NCBI GenBank assembly: GCA_031962025.1
Contig: JAVRKW010000005.1
Strand: one strand, 5' to 3'
Length of the DNA stretch: 64,000 nt
From: Pseudothermotoga sp.
GTDB lineage: Bacteria; Thermotogota; Thermotogae; Thermotogales; DSM-5069
The translations under genes were made by a program, and so were the position numbers. This document shows, piece after piece, positions 9,661-19,028 of the stretch. The notes under the pieces are model-generated. The model worked only from the letters and a program-made list of their open reading frames with translations. It searched no databases and was not told the origin of the DNA. Each line of letters opens with the position of its first letter. The first letter of the stretch is position 1.

Positions 9661-10026
9661 TCAGCAACAGTCTGTTTTGTTTTTTATTTGAACGATCTGG
9701 TTTTTGTCGTTCAGTATCGCCACTTTTGGTCCTTTATATTCGTCATCGCTGAAAAGGGCAAAGCTCATTATTATAACCTTGTCTCCTTTTTCGACAAGGC
9801 GCGCCGCAGCACCATTCAGTGCTATGACTCCACTGTTTGGCTTTCCTTTTATGACATAGGTTTCAAACCTTTCACCGTTGTTCACATCTGCCACAAGTAC
9901 TTTTTCGTTTTCTTTTAGATCAACGGCTTTCATCAGTTCTTCATCTATCTCAATACTTCCTTCGTATGCCATATTTTTATCTGTCACTGTAGCCATGTGA
10001 AGTTTTGACTTGAGCATGAATCTCAT
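9661..10026 (-). CDS. panD: Aspartate 1-decarboxylase
   Basis: [20 protein letters not shown] self-cleavage site, [16 protein letters not shown]; start moved to ATG 10026. Confidence 0.95.
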   Translation of the reverse strand: MRFMLKSKLHMATVTDKNMAYEGSIEIDEELMKAVDLKENEKVLVADVNNGERFETYVIKGKPNSGVIALNGAAARLVEKGDKVIIMSFALFSDDEYKGPKVAILNDKNQIVQIKNKTDCC

Positions 10027-10235
10027 CACGCTAATCCCTCCAAAATTGATTATAACAACTCTCACAGAACGGAACAAAGATTTTCAAATACAGACATTGA
10101 GAATTAATATTCCTTTTGAATATAAGCTCAATCCTGTTATCTTAACCACTATTGCTTTATAAAGTGTTTGTTTTCAATACCTGTCTGGTATATAATAAAG
10201 ACAAAATACAAATACAATTTTTGGGGGGTTATTAG

Positions 10236-11951
10236 ATGAAAAAAGCGACTTTGCTGGCAGTACTTGTGATTACTCTTTTAATTTCTGGATGTTTGAAACT
10301 CAACAACAATAAAGGTAAATTGATCGTCAACTTCAACCAGCTCAAAGCTATACCAGATTCGCAGGCAACTACAGGAATAATCAGAATAGATAAAAATGGC
10401 AGGGTTTTACAAAAAACTTTCGATTTTCCCATTTCTCAGGTGACGTTTGACTCAATCGAGGAAGGACTCTGGAATATCAGCGTACAGATATTGGACCAGA
10501 ATAACCACATACTGTACACGGCTTTTGAACAGGTTAAGGTCATCGCCAATCAGACTAATTACTGTTCATTGAATCTTTCGCTGAATACCGCTGATCTTGT
10601 TTTGAATGTAAATGTACAATCAGACCAGCCAGATAGTATCAGTGTGGATCTTTGCTGTGGTGCTGAAAATATTAACGAAAAGAAACCTGTTGAAAATAGA
10701 ACAGCGGTTTTTTCTTTTAACAGCCTGAAAAGCGCCGTTTGGGATATGAAAATAACTCTTTTTTCTGAACAGAATGTTATCATGACTGTGCCGCAGACAG
10801 GTTCATACGGCTTAGAACTTCAGCCGGGAAGAACCAATATTTTCAACGTGACAATCGATCGATTTGGAAATCTATCGGTTGAGGTTTTAATTGAGCATCT
10901 GGATGTGGTACGCAATGCAACACTCACAAACCTTCAGGACGGGATTAAGATAGAATGGGATCCTGTTGAAGGCGCTGATTCATATGATTTGTACAGAAAA
11001 GAAGGTTTTTTATGGCTTAAATTGAATTCAACTCCACTTGAACAGTGTAATTTCACAGACAGTAATGTCATAGAGTGTGAGACTTACTATTACGTCATCA
11101 ATGCAAAATCATCGTCGGGTCTTCAGAGTGGATTCTGTCAACCTTTCAGTATAACAAGAGACACAAACAGAGTTTTTGTGGGAGCTGGCAGTAAACTCTA
11201 CAGTTTGAAAAGAACAGATTCTGGTTTTGAGATAGTAAAAACCGTCAGTTTAGCACAAAGTCCCTTTCATGTACACACAAAAGGTAACCTTCTGTATGCT
11301 GCAACAAACAGCGGCGTGGTGGAATTTGATTCAACAACCTTTGAAATTCTCAGGAGCAAATCTGTTTTCATAATGTCGCCTGCAGACTTCACAGAAGATT
11401 ATCTTTTTTTGATAGGAGCAAATAAGGTATATAGGTTAAATCTTTCCAGCTTTGAATATGATCAATACAGCATTCAATATGTCAACTTCTTGTCTGTAGA
11501 TGACTATCTGTGTACAGTTGCTCAAAATCAGGTGCAGGTTCGTGACCTGAATGGGAACATAATAACTCAGACAGCCGGCAGCTATGCCTTTACTGAGGAT
11601 GATAAGATCTTTGTTTACAACAACGGCAATTTAGAGTATTATACGATCAATAATAGCAATCTGAACTACAGAGGTTCAGTACCAATCTCTGGTACACCAA
11701 AGGCTGTGGATGTGTATCAACAGTATATCTACGTGGCTGTCGATGATGGTTTTTACGTGATTGATTTAAACACCATGACCGGGCAGAAAACAAATCTGAA
11801 TTTGACAAAAAATCTCATGGTTTGTAAAAATCAGTTATTCGTTGTACACGATAAATACCTGAAGGTGTATGACATCACAGATCCAGCAGTTCCCGTTCAA
11901 AGATGTTCATATGGCTTTGAAAATTCGGTTTTGGCACTTTTTGTAGATTAA
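10236..11951 (+). CDS. Lipoprotein with a fibronectin-III-like domain and a C-terminal beta-propeller/LVIVD-like region
   Basis: Lipobox LISGC; IEWDPVEGADSYDLYR...YYYVINA (FN3-like); YIYVAVDDGFYVID and LKVYDITDPAVP. Confidence 0.65.
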   Translation: MKKATLLAVLVITLLISGCLKLNNNKGKLIVNFNQLKAIPDSQATTGIIRIDKNGRVLQKTFDFPISQVTFDSIEEGLWNISVQILDQNNHILYTAFEQVKVIANQTNYCSLNLSLNTADLVLNVNVQSDQPDSISVDLCCGAENINEKKPVENRTAVFSFNSLKSAVWDMKITLFSEQNVIMTVPQTGSYGLELQPGRTNIFNVTIDRFGNLSVEVLIEHLDVVRNATLTNLQDGIKIEWDPVEGADSYDLYRKEGFLWLKLNSTPLEQCNFTDSNVIECETYYYVINAKSSSGLQSGFCQPFSITRDTNRVFVGAGSKLYSLKRTDSGFEIVKTVSLAQSPFHVHTKGNLLYAATNSGVVEFDSTTFEILRSKSVFIMSPADFTEDYLFLIGANKVYRLNLSSFEYDQYSIQYVNFLSVDDYLCTVAQNQVQVRDLNGNIITQTAGSYAFTEDDKIFVYNNGNLEYYTINNSNLNYRGSVPISGTPKAVDVYQQYIYVAVDDGFYVIDLNTMTGQKTNLNLTKNLMVCKNQLFVVHDKYLKVYDITDPAVPVQRCSYGFENSVLALFVD

Positions 11952-12883
11952 AGGATGGTATCTTTGCCGCAAGTTGACTCAAGCCATTTTCTAAAAATTT
12001 TACCCTGATAGGTGTCTCTTGATACGAGTTCTTTTTCTATCTGGTTGACGATTTCCAGCTTTGACATACCCCAGTTTCCATATACTGTCATATCTTTTGG
12101 AGGGTCTGAGGCAAGCCGATGAATCACGATGCTGTCTGAAAGATTTTCCAAAAAAGCGATTACGCGATCTTTGTATTGATCAAAACTCAGTAATTGAATC
12201 TGTCCTTTACTGACCATTTCTTCCAGTTCAGTTCCCCTCACGACATAGAGCGAATGTAATTTCACTCCATCCACACCAAGTGATGAAATAGTTCTTGCTG
12301 TGTCTATGACATCTTCAATCTCGTCCCATGGCAGATCTACGATGACATGAACAACGATTTCAAGCTGGTGTTTTTTTGCCCTCAAAACAGCATCTATGAA
12401 CTCTGCTAAGCCATGTCCTCTTTTGATAATTCTAAGGGTCTTTGGGTTTATAGTTTGAAGTCCAAGTTCAACAGAAACATCCACTCTTTCTTTGAAACTT
12501 TCAAGAACATCAAGAACTGGCTCTTGAAGGCAGTCTGGTCTTGTTGATACAGCAAGTTGTACAATACTTTCATCCACAATAGCTTCCTGATATTTTCTCT
12601 TTAAAAGATCGACAGGTGCATATGTGTTTGTGAAAGCTTGAAAATAGACAATGAATTTCTCGGACCCATACTTGGATATTGCCCATTGCTTTTGTCTCAG
12701 CACCTGTTCTTTTATGGAAAGATTGTGAAAGGCATTAAAACCGCTACCAGTTGGATCGCAGAATATACATGGGCTGGATTTTTCACGATTTGGACAGCTA
12801 AAGCCCGCATCTATGATAAGCCTGTGCACCTTTGTACCATATCTTTGCTTGAGATATTCACTCAGTTTTCGGTATCTATTAAT
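11948..12883 (-). CDS. Radical SAM protein, YhcC/TIGR01212 family
   Basis: GFSCPNREKSSPCIFCD, YFQAFTNTY, STRPDC, VELGLQT; frame extends upstream of the called GTG (12829) to an ATT at 12883. Confidence 0.85.
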   Translation of the reverse strand: MNRYRKLSEYLKQRYGTKVHRLIIDAGFSCPNREKSSPCIFCDPTGSGFNAFHNLSIKEQVLRQKQWAISKYGSEKFIVYFQAFTNTYAPVDLLKRKYQEAIVDESIVQLAVSTRPDCLQEPVLDVLESFKERVDVSVELGLQTINPKTLRIIKRGHGLAEFIDAVLRAKKHQLEIVVHVIVDLPWDEIEDVIDTARTISSLGVDGVKLHSLYVVRGTELEEMVSKGQIQLLSFDQYKDRVIAFLENLSDSIVIHRLASDPPKDMTVYGNWGMSKLEIVNQIEKELVSRDTYQGKIFRKWLESTCGKDTIL

Positions 12884-14112
12884 CTTCTCATCACCTCTAT
12901 GGATTTTCTTCTTATTTCAGACTCATCGATCGTAGGATAAACACCGTTCATGTAAACCCATTTGCCCTTTATCATCGTTGCAAAGACATCGGTCGAATTT
13001 GCCGAGTGAACAAGATGTGCTTTTAAGTTTTTGGACGGCAAATACCATGGTTTTTGTATGTCGATAACTATCAAGTCGGCATCTGCGCCAATCTCAATTG
13101 CCCCAGCCGCAAGACCGCTCGCCTTGGCTCCCATGATCGTTGCCATGGCTAAAGCCTGTTCAACGGTTACATTTGTCGGATCATCCATCTTCTGTAAAAG
13201 AGCTGCAAGCCTCATTTCATGCCAGATGTCCAGCGTGTTATTGCTTGCTGCACCATCGGTACCAAGGCATACCTGAACATTTTTGCTCAGCATCTTATGA
13301 ATCGGTGCAATACCATTTGCCAGCTTCAGATTACTCGTTGGATTGTGTGCTATAAAAAAGTTCTTTCTTGCTAAAAGGTCAATCTCCTGATCTTTGACAT
13401 GAACACAATGTGCAAAAATGACATCACACTCAAAAAGACTCGTTTTGAGTAATTCCACCAAGGAATAATTTTCTTTTTTTGATTCGTACAGATGAATAGT
13501 CACTTTTGCCTTCAGATCGCGCGCAGCTTTGCATACTTGATCTATATAATCCAAGGAACAACTGTAAGGTGCATGAGGACCAAAGCCGACGAGTATCAAA
13601 CCATCTTTTCCGTTCCAGCGTTCAAAATACTGCACATTCTCGCGCAATCTGCCGCCATCAGAACCAGGGGTGCCTTTGTTTGTAAGACCACGGGTTATCA
13701 AAGCCTTCATACCAAAGTCAACCGCAGCCTGTGCAACTGCGTCACAGTGAAAATACATATCCACATAAGCCACAACGCCTTTTCGCGCCATTTCCATCTG
13801 AGCCAGCATGGTGCCATAATAAACATCTTCTTGTGTTAACCTTTCTTCTATGGGAAAGATCTTTTTAAAAAGCCAGTCCTCCAGGTACATGTCCTCGGCA
13901 GTACTCCGCATCAATGTCATGGCAGCGTGCGTGTGAGAATTCACCAGACCGGGCATTATCAATTTACCTGAAAAATCATATCTCTCATCGACATTCTCAT
14001 CAACAATATCTCCCAGTTGCGAGATCTTCCCATCTTCTATTAAAATCTTCAAAACTGCCGGATGAGAAAATGCGTCTTTCAAAACCAGAGCATTCTCAAG
14101 CAGAATTTTCAA
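12862..14112 (-). CDS. mtaD: 5-methylthioadenosine/S-adenosylhomocysteine deaminase
   Basis: PGLVNSHTHAAMTLMR, GPHAPYSC, IHLYES, HNPTSNLKL, LGTDGAASNN. Confidence 0.85.
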   Translation of the reverse strand: MKILLENALVLKDAFSHPAVLKILIEDGKISQLGDIVDENVDERYDFSGKLIMPGLVNSHTHAAMTLMRSTAEDMYLEDWLFKKIFPIEERLTQEDVYYGTMLAQMEMARKGVVAYVDMYFHCDAVAQAAVDFGMKALITRGLTNKGTPGSDGGRLRENVQYFERWNGKDGLILVGFGPHAPYSCSLDYIDQVCKAARDLKAKVTIHLYESKKENYSLVELLKTSLFECDVIFAHCVHVKDQEIDLLARKNFFIAHNPTSNLKLANGIAPIHKMLSKNVQVCLGTDGAASNNTLDIWHEMRLAALLQKMDDPTNVTVEQALAMATIMGAKASGLAAGAIEIGADADLIVIDIQKPWYLPSKNLKAHLVHSANSTDVFATMIKGKWVYMNGVYPTIDESEIRRKSIEVMRRLIDTEN

Positions 14113-15556
14113 GTTCTCTCAACCCCTTTTCCAGTTCCGTCATTTTCCTTTCAGCCTTTTCTTTGTTTTGTTCTTCAACTTTGATGTACACTTTCAACTT
14201 CGGTTCGGTGCCCGAAGGTCTTATGTATATCTTTGCTCCATTGACCCTGATCAATAGAGTCTGGTTTGGTATGAGTTTATCCAGCGAATAATCGTATAAT
14301 TCTTCCACCTTGAAGTGACCTATCTTCTGTGGTGGCATACTGGACAGATGTTCATAGAGACGCTTCGCGCGCTCAGAACTTTCTACTTCAAAGGAAATGA
14401 GTTTCTCGAGATGATAACCGTATTTGTCGTACAGGTAATTCAACTGATCGATGGGATTGAACCTTGTACACATGGCTGCTATGAGTGCAGATCCGATCAC
14501 ACCGTCTTTGTCTCTGACAAAATCTCCGGTCAGATAACCACAGCTTTCTTCAAAAGCCAGAAAATATCTAAAATCTGGATCTGTGCTTCTTTTTTCTATT
14601 TCACTGCCGATGAACTTAAAACCAGTCGGGGTTTCCACAACCAGATGATTGCGATCTTTGCAAATGTGGTTGACCATATCGGTGGTGACAATGGTTTTAA
14701 ACAAATAACTGCCAGATTGAAATTCTTTGCTGAGCATATCGCTGAGCAAAATGCCCACCTGATTGCCTGTCAATCTACGACCGTAAGCTATAAAACCCAC
14801 TCTATCGCAATCTGGATCTGTAGCAATTCCAAAATGGATTTTTCGCTCGTCAGCGTATTTTATTATTTGCTCAAAGGCACTCTCTTCTTCGGGATTAGGC
14901 AATTTGACAGTTGAGAACATTGGATCTGGATGCATTTGACTTTCCACACAAACTAAATCTATTCCCAACGATTCAAGAACAACTGGTACAAACTCCGCTC
15001 CCGTACCGTGAAGCGGCGAATAAACCAAGCTCACCTTTGAGGAATCCAGAACGTATGGTTTGATCAACCCAACGACACGATCGATGTATTCTTTTATGAC
15101 TTCTTCCGGCACGGGATGAACCAAAGGCTCACGGCAGGCAGGAAGTGGTTTATCCATAAAAGACGAAATTTTCTCGGTGTGTACCGGTATGGCTTGAACG
15201 CCGTCACATGTGTAAACTTTAAAGCCGTTGTACTGTGGAGGATTATGGCTTGCGGTGATCACAATGCCAGCCGAAGCCTTCATAAACCTGATCGCAAAAG
15301 ATAAAATCGGTGTTGGTACGGGTCTTTGAAATAGATGAGTTTCAATACCGTACGATGACACAGTTTCTGCGGCGAGTTTCGCAAATTCTTCTGAATTTTT
15401 TCTCGTGTCATAGGCAATGACTATACCTTGGTGAGATTCACTCAGCATCCAACTTGCAACTGCTCTGCTTGCTTTTTCAACCAGATCATGATCAAATTCA
15501 CCTTTTTTCATGACGCCCCTGATACCGCCTGTACCGAAGAGTATCAAAACGATCAC
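14096..15556 (-). CDS. Phosphoglucomutase/phosphomannomutase
   Basis: FGTGGIRG, ITASHNP, TDPDCDR, FEESCG, IRPSGTEPKLKVY. Confidence 0.93.
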   Translation of the reverse strand: MIVLILFGTGGIRGVMKKGEFDHDLVEKASRAVASWMLSESHQGIVIAYDTRKNSEEFAKLAAETVSSYGIETHLFQRPVPTPILSFAIRFMKASAGIVITASHNPPQYNGFKVYTCDGVQAIPVHTEKISSFMDKPLPACREPLVHPVPEEVIKEYIDRVVGLIKPYVLDSSKVSLVYSPLHGTGAEFVPVVLESLGIDLVCVESQMHPDPMFSTVKLPNPEEESAFEQIIKYADERKIHFGIATDPDCDRVGFIAYGRRLTGNQVGILLSDMLSKEFQSGSYLFKTIVTTDMVNHICKDRNHLVVETPTGFKFIGSEIEKRSTDPDFRYFLAFEESCGYLTGDFVRDKDGVIGSALIAAMCTRFNPIDQLNYLYDKYGYHLEKLISFEVESSERAKRLYEHLSSMPPQKIGHFKVEELYDYSLDKLIPNQTLLIRVNGAKIYIRPSGTEPKLKVYIKVEEQNKEKAERKMTELEKGLRELENSA

Positions 15557-17103
15557 CTCTGAAAAATTTCTTCGCCACCGATCATTCTAAGTAACTCTTT
15601 CTTTTTCTCATTCTCGTTCAAAGTTTTTAAAACCATCTTATCCATAGATCGTTCCACAACAAAATGTCTGTCGGCTTGAACGGCTATCTGCGGTAAGTGC
15701 GTTACAACGATCGTTTGAAGGTTTTTGGAGACATCTTTCAGTTTTCTGCCAAGCACATTACCTACCATACCACCTATACCGGCATCGACTTCGTCGAAAA
15801 CAAGAGTTTGTGAAGAAAACTTGGAAGCATAAACGAGCTCCAAGCAGAGCAATAACCTTGAAAGTTCTCCTCCAGAAAGGATATTCTTTATAGGCAACTG
15901 ATCCTGGTTTGGCAAAACCACCGTGAACTCAACCTGATCAATTCCAGCCGCATTCAGATCCTGCAACTTTTCAATTTTCACCAAAAAATTCATGTTCATC
16001 GCCAGATCTTTCAGGTGTTTTTTCACCTGCTCTGTTATGTCCTGTGCGGCTTGAACGCGCTGATCGTGAATTTCATTTGCCAATTCAAAAGCACGGTTTC
16101 TGAGCTGTTTTATCTGTTCTTTCGCCTGTGAAAATTTTTGCAATTTGCTGTTCAGTTCATCGTATCTGGACTTTGCCTTGATAAAGTATTCAATTACATC
16201 CTTGATTTCCGGACCATACCTGCGTTTTATATCATTGTAATCCCAGATTCTTTGCTCGATTTCTTTGATATCTTCTATTTCCAGTTCCTGAAGATTTGAT
16301 TTTGCAAATCTATTGAGTTCCTGCGATTTTTCCAGAACTTCTTTCAAAAGATCGACGAATCCTGCTGGAAAGATGCGGGAAAGTTTTTCGGATCTTTGAA
16401 GCACATCCCAGAGTGTTGCAAAACCATCAGGTGAATCATTTTCAATGACAGATGTGACCTTTGAGAGAATTTCTGCTATCTGCTGGCGTTTTAAGATTCG
16501 CTCATATTTCTCTTTGAGTGAAATTTCTTCTTCTTCTGACGGTTTTACTCGATCAAAATACTCGATCTCTGAGCGAAGGTTTTCTATCTGTTTTTGTAAT
16601 GTCTGAAGGTCAATTTCATCGAGAAATTTTTCAAGTTCCTTCACAGTCCGGTATAACTGAGAATATTCCTCAACTATGTGCTGATCTTCAAGAAAGGCAT
16701 CAAGGAAAATCTGCTGGTTTTTTGGTTTGAGCAAACCAGTTTGAGAATTCTGCTGGTGGAAGTATACCAAGTCCTCAAACAAAAGTTCAACGGTGCTCTG
16801 AGTGCACATTTTTCCATTTAACCTGTAAACCCACCGTTTACCCAAAGAAAGGCTTATCACGACCTCGTCTTCATCTATTCCAAATTCAGCCAGTTTTTGA
16901 TCTGGAACAGTTATTAAGGCTTCCAGATAGCAATTATCGTTTGCTGGGAGATCGACTTTCCTGCCAAGAACTGCCTGCAACGCTCTCAACAAAATCGATT
17001 TACCGGCACCAGTTTCACCGGTTATCACGTTCAAACCTTCAGAAAAGGAAAATTCAAACTGGTCAAAGTACAGCAAATTCTTCCCAGCAAAGTGTACAAG
17101 CAC
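15553..17103 (-). CDS. recN: DNA repair protein RecN
   Basis: Walker A GETGAGKS, coiled coil, SGGELSR, LVFDEVDAGIGG, VTHLPQIA. Confidence 0.9.
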   Translation of the reverse strand: MLVHFAGKNLLYFDQFEFSFSEGLNVITGETGAGKSILLRALQAVLGRKVDLPANDNCYLEALITVPDQKLAEFGIDEDEVVISLSLGKRWVYRLNGKMCTQSTVELLFEDLVYFHQQNSQTGLLKPKNQQIFLDAFLEDQHIVEEYSQLYRTVKELEKFLDEIDLQTLQKQIENLRSEIEYFDRVKPSEEEEISLKEKYERILKRQQIAEILSKVTSVIENDSPDGFATLWDVLQRSEKLSRIFPAGFVDLLKEVLEKSQELNRFAKSNLQELEIEDIKEIEQRIWDYNDIKRRYGPEIKDVIEYFIKAKSRYDELNSKLQKFSQAKEQIKQLRNRAFELANEIHDQRVQAAQDITEQVKKHLKDLAMNMNFLVKIEKLQDLNAAGIDQVEFTVVLPNQDQLPIKNILSGGELSRLLLCLELVYASKFSSQTLVFDEVDAGIGGMVGNVLGRKLKDVSKNLQTIVVTHLPQIAVQADRHFVVERSMDKMVLKTLNENEKKKELLRMIGGEEIFQR

Positions 17104-17114
17104 ACAAACACTTC

Positions 17115-19010
17115 CTAAAAACGAATGTCTAAGTGCTCAACCAGATTTGGTGGTATCTTTTTCACGAAATCTGCACCATTTGTCCAGTACATGTAAGGTA
17201 CAGATGAGAATCTCTGCTTTAAAATATACAACAATTTCCTGGGTCGCGTCAGCGCAACATAGAAAATTCTCTCTTCTTCATCCAGATTACCATCGATCAG
17301 TGCGTAGTAACTTGGAAAATCACCGGGATTCACACTGAGAATAAAGACAACATCCCACTCAAGGCCCTTTGCCTGATGGATCGTCGTCAGGATCACTTTG
17401 CCCTTTGAACGGTTGTCATTTTCTTCGTCCTGGTTCAGTGTGAGATCTGACAAAAATCTCTCCAAGGATTTATACCTTTCGGCGATCTGGATCAATCTTT
17501 CGATATCCATCTGTCTATCATGAAAATCTGGATAATTGTCCTGAAGATATCGAGAATAGAAATCTTCATAGATCACTTTTATCTTCTCACTCGCAGTTTC
17601 TTTTTCAGAAACCTTACGCACCAAATCGATGAAATCTTTGACTTGAGTCTTTTTGGCAAAAAATTCCTGAACTATCTGAGTTACAGTCTTTGTACTTGAA
17701 AATTCAAAAGCGTATTCAGCGAGATTCGACGCTGTCTTTGCTCCAACACCCGGAAAAAGCCTTGCGACTCTGCTCCAGGATATTTTGTCACGTGCGTTGT
17801 GAAAGATCTTCAAAAAAGCCAAGATGTCTTTGACATGTGCTGTTTCGGTGAATCGAATCCCGGAGAGTATTTTGAAATCAATCTGTGATTTTGAAAGCTC
17901 AATCTGAAGATCAAGTGAATGAGCATGGCTTCTGTACAACACGGCAATTTCACCGGGCTCAAAACCTTTTTCAATCAATCGCAGTATTTCACGGGCAACA
18001 AAGCGCGCTTCTTCTTCTTTGTCATTTGTTTCAACCACTACAGGTTTTTTCCCACCGGTCTTCACGGCTCTCAAAGTCTTTGGAACGGACTTTTTCGGAA
18101 TCAGTCTATTTACAAGATTGACTATTGTTTCATCGCTTCGGTAGTTTGTCTGGATTTTGAACAATTTTGTGTTTTTCACATTCATGAAATCTCTGACATT
18201 TTCATACCTTGCACCTCGAAAAGAATAGATGCTCTGAGAATCATCTGCCACGACTACCACATTGCCGTGTACTGTTGAGAGCAATTCTATCAACTGAAGC
18301 TGCAAGATATTTGTATCCTGAAATTCGTCTACTAGAATCCACTTGTACTTTGAAGCTTCTTTAGTCCGTGCAGAGACATCTTGCTGTAAAACTTGAACTG
18401 CAAAAATCAAAAGATCATCGTAATCAACGCAATTCTGATTTCTTTTTTCAACGGTGTACTCTGTGTATACACGCTCAATAACAGGCTCGAACTCTATGTA
18501 CTTGGGATTGAGTTTTAAAATCGCTTCATGTAACGGTGTCAAAGTGTTTGCACAGTACGAAAAGATCTTCTGGAGCACGCTGTGAGCTGGAAAATGTTTG
18601 ATCTCACCTTCTTTTTCCAGTACGATTGTTCTTACGTGTTTGATGAGAGTTTTTGAATCTTCTTCATCGAGAATGGAGAAATTCGGTGACAGTCCCACTC
18701 TTGAAGCATATTTTCTGAGTATCAGATTGCAAACATGATGAAAGGTGCCGGCGGTGATGTCCTCAAGATCCATACCTGTGAGAAGTTTTGCACGCTCTAT
18801 CATTTCATTTGCCGCAGCCCTCGTGAAAGTGACAAGCAGGATTTCCGAAGGTTTTACTCCGCATCTGATTAAATGTAAGAGTTTGTAGGTGATAACCCTT
18901 GTTTTCCCTGAACCAGGACCGGCTATGACTATTGATCTACCAGAAGAACTCAAAACAGCTTGTCTTTGTTCTTCATCCAGTTCGGAAAGATAATCTACCA
19001 AAAAACACAC
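17115..19010 (-). CDS. UvrD/PcrA family ATP-dependent helicase
   Basis: AGPGSGKT, GTFHH, VDEFQDTN, QSIYSFRGA, TIHQAKGLEW, EERIFYVALTR. Confidence 0.93.
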   Translation of the reverse strand: MCFLVDYLSELDEEQRQAVLSSSGRSIVIAGPGSGKTRVITYKLLHLIRCGVKPSEILLVTFTRAAANEMIERAKLLTGMDLEDITAGTFHHVCNLILRKYASRVGLSPNFSILDEEDSKTLIKHVRTIVLEKEGEIKHFPAHSVLQKIFSYCANTLTPLHEAILKLNPKYIEFEPVIERVYTEYTVEKRNQNCVDYDDLLIFAVQVLQQDVSARTKEASKYKWILVDEFQDTNILQLQLIELLSTVHGNVVVVADDSQSIYSFRGARYENVRDFMNVKNTKLFKIQTNYRSDETIVNLVNRLIPKKSVPKTLRAVKTGGKKPVVVETNDKEEEARFVAREILRLIEKGFEPGEIAVLYRSHAHSLDLQIELSKSQIDFKILSGIRFTETAHVKDILAFLKIFHNARDKISWSRVARLFPGVGAKTASNLAEYAFEFSSTKTVTQIVQEFFAKKTQVKDFIDLVRKVSEKETASEKIKVIYEDFYSRYLQDNYPDFHDRQMDIERLIQIAERYKSLERFLSDLTLNQDEENDNRSKGKVILTTIHQAKGLEWDVVFILSVNPGDFPSYYALIDGNLDEEERIFYVALTRPRKLLYILKQRFSSVPYMYWTNGADFVKKIPPNLVEHLDIRF

Positions 19011-19028
19011 CTCGTTTGAATTTTATCA

